Shown: in pieces, positions 52,201-64,000 of the stretch
Layout of the letters: each line of letters begins with the position of its first letter
How positions within the stretch are numbered: the first letter of the stretch is position 1
NCBI GenBank assembly: GCA_951406725.2
Contig: OX597825.1
Span: 48,918,001 to 48,982,000, forward strand
DNA from: Octopus vulgaris
Lineage: Eukaryota
DNA: 64,000 nucleotides
Reading direction: 5' to 3'
The notes under the pieces: generated by a model
What the model was told of the DNA's origin: nothing
Database searches by the model: none
What the model saw: only the letters and a program-made list of their open reading frames with translations
Position numbers and translations under genes: made by a program

Positions 52201-52538
52201 ATTTTTATTGTGTCTGGAATTCTGAAATTTTTAGTATTGTTTTGATATTGAACTTTCTAATGAGAGATGCATTAAATATATTATTATAACTCCTTTTGGT
52301 TCGGTTTATATTGTAATGTTTTTGAATTGTTGAACCTATCTGATTTTTCACCTTTATTTTGAAAAATATTTATACTTAAAGTCTCGGGTTCAATTCTTGA
52401 TCACTTCTTCGTATGGTATTCGCCGTGATTGTAAAAATATTTGCTCTAATATATTATAATAATCTTACTGTTCAATATTATATATTATTAAAATTATAGA
52501 TTAGTATTTTGTATGGTATATGTCTCACAGTATATATG

Positions 52539-52594
<56 letters not shown>

Positions 52595-52714
52595 CGACAG
52601 AAGCAGTGTTAATACCGAGATGTGGATGTTCTGTTTGAACAAAATTTTCTTCGGTGTTTTCCATGACGAAAAATCTGACGTAGGCTTTGGTGCAGAAAGC
52701 ACCATGCGTAACAG

Positions 52715-53085
52715 TCCGGTAAGGATCGTGCTTCTCAACCATATGGTTCTGGGTTCAGTCCCACTATTTGGTACCTCGGGCAAGTGTCTTCTACTGTAGT
52801 CTCGGAACAACCAAAGCCTTGTGAGCGGATTTGTATATCTATCTATACATATGTCTATGTGTCCGTCTTTGTGATTGTGTTTGTCCCCCACCAACGCTTT
52901 GACAGTCGGTGTTAATGTGTTTACGTTCCCTTAATATAGTGGTTCGGTAAAAGAGTACGATAGGATAAGTACTAGACATTAAAAATAAGTCCTGGGGGCA
53001 AATTTTTCTACTAAAACCCTTTCAAGCGGTGCCCTAGCATGGCGACAGTCCAATGACTGAAACGAATAAAAGATAAAAGATAAAA
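52715..53085 (+). mobile_element. SINE family B
   Basis: ggttctgggttcagtcccact..ggcaagtgtcttctactgtagtc; tail aatgactgaaacgaataaaagataaaagataaaa. Confidence 0.85.
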
Positions 53086-53229
53086 TTGGTTGTTTCACAT
53101 GAAATTTTCGTATTATTAATTGTGATTTCAGTCATTTATAAACTCAATTATGTATTTAATCTTGACTCTTTTTCTTTCCCAACAATATTTGTATACAAAA
53201 TTCGTACCTACAGACCTTATGAAAATGAT

Positions 53230-53990
53230 ACCAACCAAACTATGTTGAGTGATTTTCTCGTATGTATACAAACTGAGTCACTCTGCCGCCGATGCTCTAC
53301 GGAAAATCACGCGGGCCTTTGTTAATGGTTTTGTTGACATCAGAACTGTTCAGAAATGGTTCCAAAGCTCTTGTTCAGGAGATGATAGTCTTGAAAATAA
53401 ATCAAGGGTTAGGCCAAACTCAGTTATTCGGCATGATGGATTAAATACTTTGGTTGAACAAGATCCAAGAACAAAGGTTCGAAAACTTTCATCAGAACTC
53501 TAAACTTCTCGCACAACTGTTTTTGGACACCTGTAAAAAATTGGAGAAGCCAAGAAAACAGATAGGTTTGTTCCACATCAAGTGAACGAGATTAAAAAGA
53601 AATAATAATAATATGCGCCTCGAAGTGTGCACCTTATTGCTTTCTCGACTGGAAAAATACCATTTTTGCATCAAATTTTTACTTGTGATCCGAAACAGAT
53701 ACTCTTTGGCAACAGCAGAACAAGACAGAGATTAGATGAACCCTAAAAAGTTAGTAGTCATTGTATGGTAGTCTGCAAATGGAGTTATTCATTATTCACT
53801 TTTGTAACAAGGAAAAACGGTAACAGTAACATCATATTGCCAGGAAATTTATTGTATGCATGAGAATTTGAAACAAAAAAGCAACCGAGTCTAGTAAATA
53901 GAGTTGGGCAAATTTTGCTCCACGACAATGCACGTTTTCACACTCCTCAAGCAAAGGTCCAACAGTTACAAATCCTGTTTTTCTAGTAAG
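53230..53990 (+). mobile_element. mariner transposase pseudogene
   Basis: HSAADA.RKI..AF..RTVQKWF..GD.SLE (HTH); FVPH; FLHQIFTCD (first D); ILLHDNAR.H (second D). Several stops. Confidence 0.9.
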
Positions 53991-54308
53991 GTTTTCAAAA
54001 TCAGTGACGGAAGTTACTAGAAAAACACTTAAGTAGTTGCATACAGGCTTTCCCTTTCATCGTAATCCGGTGATTACCGCCCGTTGACAAGAGGCAACAA
54101 CCTCGAAACTGCGGTCCGTGCGTACCACCTAGGCTTACGAGAAAGGGATGGCCTCCCTTTGCAAATACCATAACGGCACAGATAGTGTGCCTAAAGCCAG
54201 CTGGAGACGATGATCTCCTGGGGCTAAAAGCTACAGTAGCACCCACCCATTGTGGTTAGCCATATTGAGATGGCTATTATACTTTACATTATATATATAT
54301 AAATATAC

Positions 54309-54345
<37 letters not shown>

Positions 54346-54474
54346 ACAGAAAGCCAGTCGCTACATCAAAGTGGCTGTTGAATGTTACGACTAGTTTAAC
54401 ACCAGCCAAATTCTCCGCCAGCTGTTTATCGGTGCGACTCTGAACCCTTCATATACAATATATTGTTATCGGGG

Positions 54475-54667
54475 GGAGCGAACACTTACTTCCTTCTAGC
54501 AGTTATCACGATCATGAGACTTAGTTTCGAGCTATTTGTTAGCGTTAGCGGATTCTGGTTATCACTCTGGCCTACAGTTGCTGGTGATTGAGGATCAGGC
54601 AAATAGCTCGAAACTGAGTCAGTCTTGCGATCGCGATACCTGCCAGAGTGTGGTAGGTGTTCTCTCC
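54475..54667. mobile_element. ~190-bp foldback element, Penelope pLTR-like
   Basis: gacttagtttcgagctatttg pairs with caaatagctcgaaactgagtc; outer arms ggagcgaacactta../..taggtgttctctcc also pair. Confidence 0.7.
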
Positions 54668-56100
54668 ACCAGCATAAAAAATAAGTTTCCGGTTGATTTA
54701 CTTGACTAAACCCTGCAAGGCGCTACCCTAACGTGACCTCAGTCTAACGACAGAAACATATAGAATAGAAAAGATAAAAGAAAGATCTTCGTGAATGTAA
54801 GACGTAAAATGTACTGAGTCATCGTCCTCTCACCTTTACTGTAGGAGTCAGAGGTATGGTCACTAGACAAAATTAAGGATCAGTGCCTTTGTCATGTGAC
54901 ATCTCAAAGTCATCATGGATATCAAAAGTGAAACTCCTTAGGATGGTTGGCGTTTAATCTGTGCACCGTCTATCAATGCAGAGAAATCTCCGTTGTACAT
55001 GTGACATTACTAAACTTGGTGATCTTAGACTCCCAATGAAAGTCTTACTCTTGTAACTGGAAAATAGCTATTTGACTTTCATGGATACTGTACTTGAATA
55101 TGACGTGTGAAAATGAAATTAACACTATTTTAAACAATAGAAATTCTATGGAAGTTCATTCCACACAAAGCACAAGAAAGTTTACCAGAAACTATATTAA
55201 TTTCTATCGTTCCGTTTCTGTCCCACTGTCTCACTCACACAGAGAGAGGATTACAAATGCATGATGTAAGGTGTCACAAACTTTTTTTATTTTTAAATAC
55301 ATTCCATTTTAAGTATAATTACTTCTTATTGATCTCGAACATCTGCAAAGACGGCTATGAGGTAGTTAACTGAAGATATGTGAAAGATTCTTTTATAGAA
55401 AAATCCTGATAACGATATATTATTAGGATATATCATACCGATTTCAAAATTTGGGAAAAGGCCAGCAATTTCGGGTGTGAGAGTAAGTTGATTACATCGA
55501 CGCCAGTGCTCGACTGGTATTTATGGTTATCGACCCCAAAATGATGGCTGGCACAACCACAGCGGAATTTGAACTTAGGACGTAAAGCTGCTCAACATAG
55601 GCCCAGCGAGCGTACGACTCTTCCAGCTCGCCATCTTAGAGTCAAAAGTAATATCAAAAATGCATGATAATACAACAGTGGTAGTTAAGTGGTGTATATG
55701 TAATATTATTCCCTGCATATTTGTCTTTGGTTTTCCATCAATGTGAAACAGAACTACTGTTTAAGAAATAAAAAATAGTAGGATCTATATTTAGCTACGA
55801 TAAAGTAAATTTAGAGCAATATATTCTTTGTGAAAGCCAACCCATTTGAAAAGATCTTATACACATACGTTGTATGTAACATCTATGTAACACAGCTATA
55901 TCAAGACAAAGAGCTTAATATAGCAAATCCTGCAAAGGAGATGTTAGCTGTAGTAAAGTGTCTTTAATTGCTACGAAAAAAAAATCGATATATTTTAATC
56001 CACATGGTGAAAATTGTGTTTTTAATTCGTGCCTTAAATCGGAAATGTGAAATGTAATTCAATTTAAAAGAAATACACACACACACGCACACACACATAC

Positions 56101-56140
<40 letters not shown>

Positions 56141-58117
56141 ATCTGTGTCTGGTCGCAGATGTGTGTCTGTGTCTAAAAAATAATTTATAAAAGGTTTAAA
56201 GCATTAAGTGGAAAAGCAAGCTCAGATTAATCTGCAGGAGTAAATAGTTTGTGAATTACAAAGCTGTGTGAAAATAAGAGAGGAAACAAAAACAAAATAT
56301 GGTAAGTAATTGTGTATTGGTTTAAAAACTATGTATGAGTAGCTCAGAGTATACATTAATTTATGGCCATGTGTATTTGCTTCTGAAGTACAAAAATATA
56401 ACATATCAATATTATAGTTACCCTTTGAGAATGTAAATAGTATTGCCCTATATTGATAAAATAAATCCCTATTTACCATAAGAAAGTAAATTTGGATTTC
56501 GAACTTCGAAGAAGTCTACAGGGGGAGGGAAACAATTTTTGAAACAATGAGTAATAAAATAAAAAGACAGGTACTGAAGGAATTTCAATAGACTTAACAG
56601 GAAAACAATGAACTAGTCAGAAATAATTGGAAATGAAGCTCAGTGTTCACAGGATTTATAAACATTTCGAAGATATTGTTCGGGGTTGGGTCGTGCCATC
56701 ATCGGAACACATGTAATATGTTTGAAACATGTTGATTGGGGAATCAGTCGCACAGATGTAAAGAGTGCTCGGATCAATAAATTGTAATAATATTTTTTTC
56801 TTGCGATCAGAATCAATATTTTGAAGGAAACACAGAAAAAACGACTTCCTTAGAGAACAAATCAGCAATATATGGAGATAATGGAATGTATGCTTATGAC
56901 TTATAACTAGTTTTCAGCTAGAGTTTGAAGGAATGCAAATAAATATATTTTCCAGACGATTAGAATTTACAGGAATTTACATTCATATCGAAAACTGTGT
57001 TTTCTTTGAGGAGAAAAAAATATCTGCTCATCTTAGGAGTAAATGTTCAAAGATAGACGTAGTAAAACTGACATCAATTTTAATTTCATATCTATCTGCT
57101 TAATATAATATTTTGAAAGCTTCACTCGGAATTATTCTTCCCAGCTTTGAATATTATATCATTATTATCTCTCTTGGGTCATGGGTATTTATTAATGCTA
57201 TCTTTTTCCTTACTTTAAATCCTATTCAGAATTCCCTTGCTAATTGTATTACTTATCTCATAAACCGTAAAGGCTATAAAAGGATACATCAGAACGAAAG
57301 ATACATCAACTCTCTTCAAAATATTGGGATTATATAGCAATCGCAAAACTAATTGATACTTTAAAATGAAACGCCTGATATTTCCAAAATTTTATCGCCA
57401 TTATTTTTGCGGCTTTGGTTAAGCTTTCTTAATAAACATATGAGGTGCATGATATCTAAGAAAAAGCGGAAAACTTGATAAAAGAATGGAAATCAGAAAT
57501 ATATATCCAGACTTAGCTCCACCAACAAAGTTTGCTGAAATCCAAAAGTTAGAAAGAAACTTATGAAAATGGTACTGATACTTCCAAAAGAATGTAGACA
57601 AGAATTTCTCAGTTGTAAATTTTGTGATTGTAATATTATTTATGTGTGTGGCAAATTGATATCAGAAAATTTATATTTTACTGCAATAGGTTTTCATGAA
57701 TTATTTTTATAAATGGGTTTTGTCTTCACTGTCATGTTCATCTGAATTTACTATGATGTAGCAGACTGATTGCTTTAAAGTAGAATTGATATTGATAAAA
57801 TCATCTTGATATTTATTTTGATTTCAATATCACTAAAGATTCAAAGGTTACATTATGACACCAAAATTAATTATATCTTCTTCTCACAGATGAATGAAAG
57901 ACCTTCAAAGAAATGATAGGTTAGCATTCTCATTACCCAAAGAACTTGCATAAAAATCACAAGAAACCTATTTTATTGTCTGTAAAGTGTAGACACATAC
58001 ATATTATGTACGTATATACATTCTGGAACATAGACATATGTTCCTAAAATATACATTTATCCACTGATAAATGAACGACTACATACACTAACTCTCTATC
58101 TCTTCCTCTCTCTGAAT

Positions 58118-58154
<37 letters not shown>

Positions 58155-58224
58155 AACTGAATTGATCCGTGTAATAAGGTTCATCAAAAAGAATACCCCA
58201 TCTGGCGGGAGTAAATGAGAGTAA

Positions 58225-58265
<41 letters not shown>

Positions 58266-58291
58266 AAATAAGCAACAAGAATGACTCCGGT

Positions 58292-58382
58292 AATTTGATA
58301 CGATCGTTGCGTACTACATCATTTTATTAAATGTTGTAAGTATTACAACAGATTTAAAATGCCGAGTACTCATCAGCCAATT
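58292..58382 (-). ncRNA. Hammerhead motif in left IR (GAAA mutated to GCAA)
   Basis: Minus: aattgg-CTGATGA-gtact..agtac-GCAA-cgatcg-TA-tcaaatt. Confidence 0.75.
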
Positions 58383-58964
58383 ATAGAGGTTTTCCTCTAA
58401 TCATTATAATGTTGCATCATCTAAGGCTGGATATGACCAGGAAATCACCTTCCTAGATAGGGATAGCTTAAATATCCTAAATAACATAGTGAATGTAAAT
58501 GACTTAAGTAATATAGACTCTCATACCCTACATAAACATAAATCAATAGAGGAAAAGAACCTAGTGTAGAAACCTAATTATAAGAATAGAAATAGTAAAC
58601 AGATCATAAATAAATATGAAAATGCTAACCTAGATAAACCCGATAGGCATAAAAATAGTACTAAAAGGAATAATAATTGTCGTATGAATACTGATAACAC
58701 TAATCCTTCCCACTCTTACTTAAACAAAAAATATAAAAGAGAAAATGTCATCTGGCTAAATATCCCCTTTAATTGTTCGATTTCGACGAATGTGTACAGT
58801 AGATTTAGGTCTATACTGGAAAAAAGTTCCCAGCCTCCCATAAATATCATAAAATAATTTCTAAGAGATCAGTGAGAATTTCATATTCCACTCTCCCAAA
58901 CATGGCTACCATAATAGCTAGACTTAATAGTAAAAACATTAAGTTAGCCAGGAGTAGATTGAAT

Positions 58965-59100
58965 AGCAACAGCAATGATAGTAATAATAATTGTTAAAAT
59001 AGCAATAATAATATTAATAATAATAATGATAATAATAATAATAATAATAATAATAATGGTAATAATAAAAATAATATTAATAATGAAGATGATAATAATG

Positions 59101-59144
<44 letters not shown>

Positions 59145-59190
59145 TATAATAATAATAATGATAACAATATTGATGTAAATAGTGATAATA
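58965..59190. repeat. (AAT)n microsatellite inside the Penelope ORF remnant
   Basis: Seen directly; reads as poly-Asn in the linker region. Confidence 0.95.
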
Positions 59191-59789
59191 ACAGTACCAA
59201 TACTGTTATACTACCTATACTATAGGTAGTATAGATAAAAGTATGGTAGGTGATGATGGTGAGGATGGATTAATAACTAGTAATCCTAATTTGCATAACA
59301 ACGTAATTACTAATAATGAAAATAATACTAATACTAAAAATAATTTAAATAATAGTAATGATAGTGAACTGTCCTTAAATAATTCCAGTACTGGACACTA
59401 TCCCCCAGTTGTAATTGTTGGATTAGATCAAAATGTCCGGTATCTTTCTTTATTTCGGTTGTTCGGTGGATTTTAAAAGACGTCTTAACAATCATTTTCC
59501 CTCTTTTAGGCTCAAACATAAGGCAGGTTGCACAACATTATCTAACAAAATTTGAGAACTAAAAACAAGTAATATAGAATTCAACCTAAAATGGGATATA
59601 GTAAGAAGGGCGCAACCTTATAGAAATAGTAGGGATGGTTGTCAACTTTGTTCTATGGAAACGTATGAAATTTTGAAACATCAGAGTAATACAAATCTGT
59701 TAAATAACCGTTTGGATCTGGGAGTATCTTGTATACATCGTACAACCCGAACGTTTAAATACTTTAAATAATAATTTTAATTCTTTATA

Positions 59790-60222
59790 ATCAAATAAGA
59801 AGGAATATACCATACTGGCTTTCAATTTAACATTCATAGATGATTAAAAAAACTTCACTGTAAACTTAAAATTGAATTCTTTTCTCTAAAAAATTAAACT
59901 GTATGAATCTAAATAGTTAGAATCCTAAATAGTATGAATCCCTAATAGTAGGAATACTAAATAGTATGAATCCTATGTCCCTAAAGAAACTATTCGGTTC
60001 ACCTTGGATTATCTCACTTCCAAGATATCTTTACAAAATATATATTTAACCAAATAGGAACGAATATACCATATTGGTTTTAGTTTAATACTCATAAATG
60101 ATAGAAGAACTTCATTATAAACTTAGATTTAAATTTTTCATTTTATAATGTTCTCCAATACTAAGTCGTATTAATCCTATGTCCCTAGGGTAACTATTTG
60201 GTCCATCCTGATTATCTCACTC
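59790..60222. repeat. Diverged tandem duplication (~260-bp offset) in the Penelope 3' region
   Basis: gaatataccata.tgg..aacttca.t.taaactta and aatcctatgtcccta..gattatctcact each occur twice. Confidence 0.75.
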
Positions 60223-61015
60223 TCTTTTCATAATATATAATTAACCTAAGATATTTTAACCCAACTAATTAACTTTTATCCGCAGGTAGTAAATTTTATC
60301 CCCAATAGATCCTATATTTTAATTCATTAATATCAACTCACTATCCATGAAATTTGAATAATTTACTCTTCTAAATCACCTCCCCTCATATTATAAAATT
60401 TCACATTCTTCTAAATCTTCTTTCTATGATTTTCCCGCTTCCATCTTTCTTAGTATATAGTTTGACCCATAATAGGTTCACTTGATTAATAAGACTTTTC
60501 CCCCAGTTAATAAGTACTATGCCTACTCATAAGAAGTGATAGTTTTTTTCTCTAAATTGAATAAATTTTAGATTTATATTTTTTCCTTTATTCGATAGAC
60601 AGACTGTTGTGTTGATGTGCATAGGGTTTGTAAGGTCTTTGGACTCCTTGTGAATGTGATTGTGTCCTCTTGACATTGACCTAGTTCTCCTAACGCCGAA
60701 TCTGTTCATCAAATAGTAGTAACTGGCATTTAATAGTGACAATGCTGTCTTCCACATAAATTCCTTATATGGAAATCTGAAACCCCCTTTACCCTATTTC
60801 TATAATTAGAATATCTTTATTGTCTCCTTCAACTTATTCTTCTCTCTCACAACATTACAGTTATTTGGATCAACCAAATCTTAGTCAGTCAGTTGATGGG
60901 CCCCACTTCCTCAAATGTTCTTAAAATTTAAATCCACATCTTTGTCTATATATCTACCTTCTCTATAATGTTGCAACTTGATATGAAAATGTTTGTATTA
61001 ATGGAAAACCTCTAT

Positions 61016-61106
61016 AATTGGGTGATGAGTACTCGGCATTTGAAATCTGTTGTAATACTTAAAACATTTAATAAAATGATGTAGTACGAAACGATCGTAC
61101 CAAATT
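61016..61106 (+). ncRNA. Hammerhead motif in right IR (CTGATGA mutated to GTGATGA)
   Basis: aattgg-GTGATGA-gtact..agtac-GAAA-c-gatc-g-TA-ccaa. The palindromic GATC loop in stem III is typical of minimal Penelope hammerheads. Confidence 0.8.
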
Positions 61107-61219
61107 ACTGGAGTCATTCTTGTTGCTTATTTTGATTATAATCACCCCACGGATTTCTATGGATAACACCATACAAAATTCTGGTACCATATTTATTTGA
61201 ATCTAAATTTTTGCTGAAG

Positions 61220-61260
<41 letters not shown>

Positions 61261-61841
61261 CATATATATGTATCTGTTCATACCTGCCTACCTATATATG
61301 TGTGTGCATGTATATGCATTTAGGTATCAGTTGCTTTTTCATAGTTAAGTCATACCTACAAGAAAGGATTTATTTTCTAACAAAAAAGCAAAGCTCCTTC
61401 GATAAGGTACTGATTGCATTTGTAAAGTTCCTGCTTGCTGGTTTCGTTGTCGAAAAATACTATGTTGATTATAAAACCACTATTACACTAATATTTGTTG
61501 TACATGTTTATGTTTATATATGTTTAAGTTCAAAGTAGGAATTTTATAGAATATTTGGTAGGGGGTAAAAATTACATACTCACATGTCTATATTTTACCT
61601 GCTGAAACTGGAGAAAGGAACATTATTCATGCCCTTTACAGCTCCTCGCTTCCCACTTAGCGGTGAGGAACATGATGCATTGAATGTTCCATTTAAACTA
61701 TTTTATTTCAACACATGCTGAAATGACACAATCATAAGTAATAAGGACTGCAAATAATGGTTAATGCAAACCTAAATATGCATATATGTATATATACATA
61801 TATATATGTATATATAAATATGCATATATGTATATATATAC

Positions 61842-61874
<33 letters not shown>

Positions 61875-62774
61875 CGTATATATGTATGTGTGTGTTCGTG
61901 TGTGCGTGTGTGTATCTTTTTGTGTGTATAATAAACACAATATCTATTTAATTATTAATTATACATTGAAAATATACACTAAGTTTTATAAATACATAGA
62001 TAAATGAAAGCATAGTGTTGATCGATTATGAGTTCTGCTATACCTTCGAAGGCCTATTCTTGTAGAGACGTATTAGTTAGAGACTACTACGGACTGACAC
62101 ACGTTATACTAAGATGTTTATGAGGTGGTTTGTGAATTGCGTTTCGGCCTCTGTTACAGAGATACATGCTGATTTAAATACCTTGTATCCCCTGCTGTTA
62201 GCTTACTTGCCTTTTAAATCTGTCCTTAGCAAGATCCTCACATAAGTTTGGGTTATTCTTGTAGTCTTTCAAGATTACTTTCAGTACAACTTAAAATCTT
62301 TTAGGAGACACATCAACACAGCATTTTCTTTCCTTATGCCCATTATAACTTGGTTTGGGCTAACTAGAGTCAGGATTACTGACAATATATTCAACACAAA
62401 GCAGGAGAATTTGCTCCAGTTTCTTAAACAAAGTGACTGCATCGCTACAACTATGGATCTCTGTGTAGTGAATTCCATCCTACAATTTTAGACTAGGATT
62501 TTAGTATGAAGGATATAAATAGTGTCAGCATCATAAAGGAAATAAAAGAAAATGGGTTGTTGACACATTATAAACTGTAACTTTTGGCATCAATTTTAAA
62601 ATCTACAATCTATGCTGCATTTTTTTCAAATGCAGCACATGCCATGACGCAATTTCGTAAGTTACTTCAACAGGCAAACAAACGGTGAACTTCTCCGATA
62701 TTTATACATGCTAACTTACTGGCATATATACTTACGCATATATATATATGCATAGATACGCAAATGCATAAAAG

Positions 62775-62930
62775 CTCAAGTGTGGCTATGTGGTAAGAAG
62801 TTTGACTTTCAACTTAAAGTTTTCGGGTTCAGTTTCACTGCGTGGCATCTTGGGCGTGTATCTACCAAATCTCCGGGCCGCCCAAAGCTTTGTGGATTTA
62901 TCCTGTACTCAGAAACTGAGAGAAACCGTT
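62775..62930 (+). mobile_element. SINE family B, degraded 5' part
   Basis: gtgtggctatgtggtaagaag..cgggttcagtttcactgcgtggcatcttgggc. Confidence 0.75.
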
Positions 62931-63023
62931 CGTGTCTGTCTGTCAATCTGTCTGTTTGTCCATCGGTCCGTCTTTCTGTCACTCTGTCCGTCTGTCTGTC
63001 TCACTGTCCGTCTATTCGCCAAC

Positions 63024-63101
<78 letters not shown>

Positions 63102-63149
63102 GTCTTTTCTATGTGTCTATCTGTCTGTCTATCTATCCTCAACAATAGA

Positions 63150-64000
63150 TGGTAGTATGTTCTAAAGAAAGCAATTAAAGCAGAATCGGTTAGATATAGT
63201 AAAGCACTAGCGATAGATCGAAATAGAATAGAGGGAGACCTAGTTAAGTAATTAGAAGAGGAACACAGAAGTGGCATCGCGTCCAACGTGCTGGCGGCCA
63301 GGTTGGCCCTCGACCAAGACTTCAACGCCAAACACGAAGGATGAATTGTCAGAGCTATGATGCATGCCCTGAGAAACGAAGTAATTGGAGTCGCCCGAGA
63401 GGCCCGAGTGTTGGAGGTGCAACAAGGAAACAAACCCACCATTAGGTCTCTGATATGAAAAGGGGCGCAAATTACTCGAGCCTTTCAACAGCACTTTGCC
63501 CGACTGTTCGGGAAAACTGGTGGGTCGGAATGCAGGGTGAACTTTAGTGCCTACCTGCATGGTCTGCCACGATTCTCAGAAAGAGAGGCTGCAGACGTAC
63601 GGGTTGCGATGGCAGGCTGCGCAAAAGACAAGTCACCAGGTTTGGGTGGTCTGCCCTACATGCTTTATTGTCATATGCCAGACTTGTTTGGAAGCGTTTG
63701 GGCAGCAGTCTACTGCAACTGGCAGTAAAACGGGAGTATCCCCAGTTTTGTGAGCCAAGGAGCGGTGGCACTGCTAAAGAAAGTTCCAAACAAGGGAAAC
63801 GTCAAAGATTACTTTAGGCCTATCACTCTGCTCAACGTAGATTTGAAGATTTTGGCCATGCTATCCGAGAGGCTAGCGCTTGTCATCGAGAAACTGGTCG
63901 ACAAGACGCAAATTTGCGCCGTACCGAGCAGGTGTATCCATGACATCCTCTATCTGATGCGCTACATTATAAAGTAGTTAAGGAACCTGGCATGGGTGTG
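63150..64000 (+). mobile_element. Tx1/L1-like LINE RT N-terminal remnant, running off the window
   Basis: KSPGLGGLP..Y..PDLFG; LLKK..FRPITLLNVDLKILA..RLALVI..Q..AVP.R.IHD. Stops and frameshifts. Confidence 0.85.

Larger units (their letters stand above)
58264..61134 (+). mobile_element. Internally deleted Neptune-type Penelope-like element with ~130-bp inverted terminal repeats
   Basis: IRs at 58264-58395 and 61003-61134. Peptides KRENVIWLNIPF..HKYHKIISKRSVRISYS.LPNM, CNCWIRSKCP and YFG..DFKRRLNNH..SFR..TTLS..W.IVRRAQPY..CQLC..E..LLN.R..SCIH (GIY-YIG C-terminal half). Confidence 0.9.

Noticed and set aside
62120-62260. Minus-strand ggccgaaacgc hammerhead half-motif
   Set aside because: No matching CTGANGA or stem I was found.

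Overview
AT-rich eukaryotic DNA that is almost entirely repeats. The tRNA-derived SINE families and dense (TA)n/(CA)n microsatellites suggest a coleoid cephalopod, probably Octopus; this is an inference from recalled repeat families, not a search. I found no convincing host protein-coding exon, and most listed ORFs are microsatellite or antisense artefacts. Retroelements: one young, near-intact CR1-group LINE (19.1-23.0 kb), RTE, R4/Dong, Tx1/L1-like and Gypsy remnants, and an internally deleted Neptune-type Penelope element with inverted terminal repeats. DNA elements: mariner/Tc1 remnants, Helitron ends, and Merlin-like MITEs carrying TTAGGG repeats. Most noteworthy: a U6 snRNA retrocopy fused at its 3' oligo(U) to the tail of the local SINE family; four minimal hammerhead-ribozyme motifs in Penelope-derived elements; a GC-rich CR1 that may be horizontally acquired; and short local templated duplications at or inside LINEs. 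Boundaries of degraded elements are approximate.
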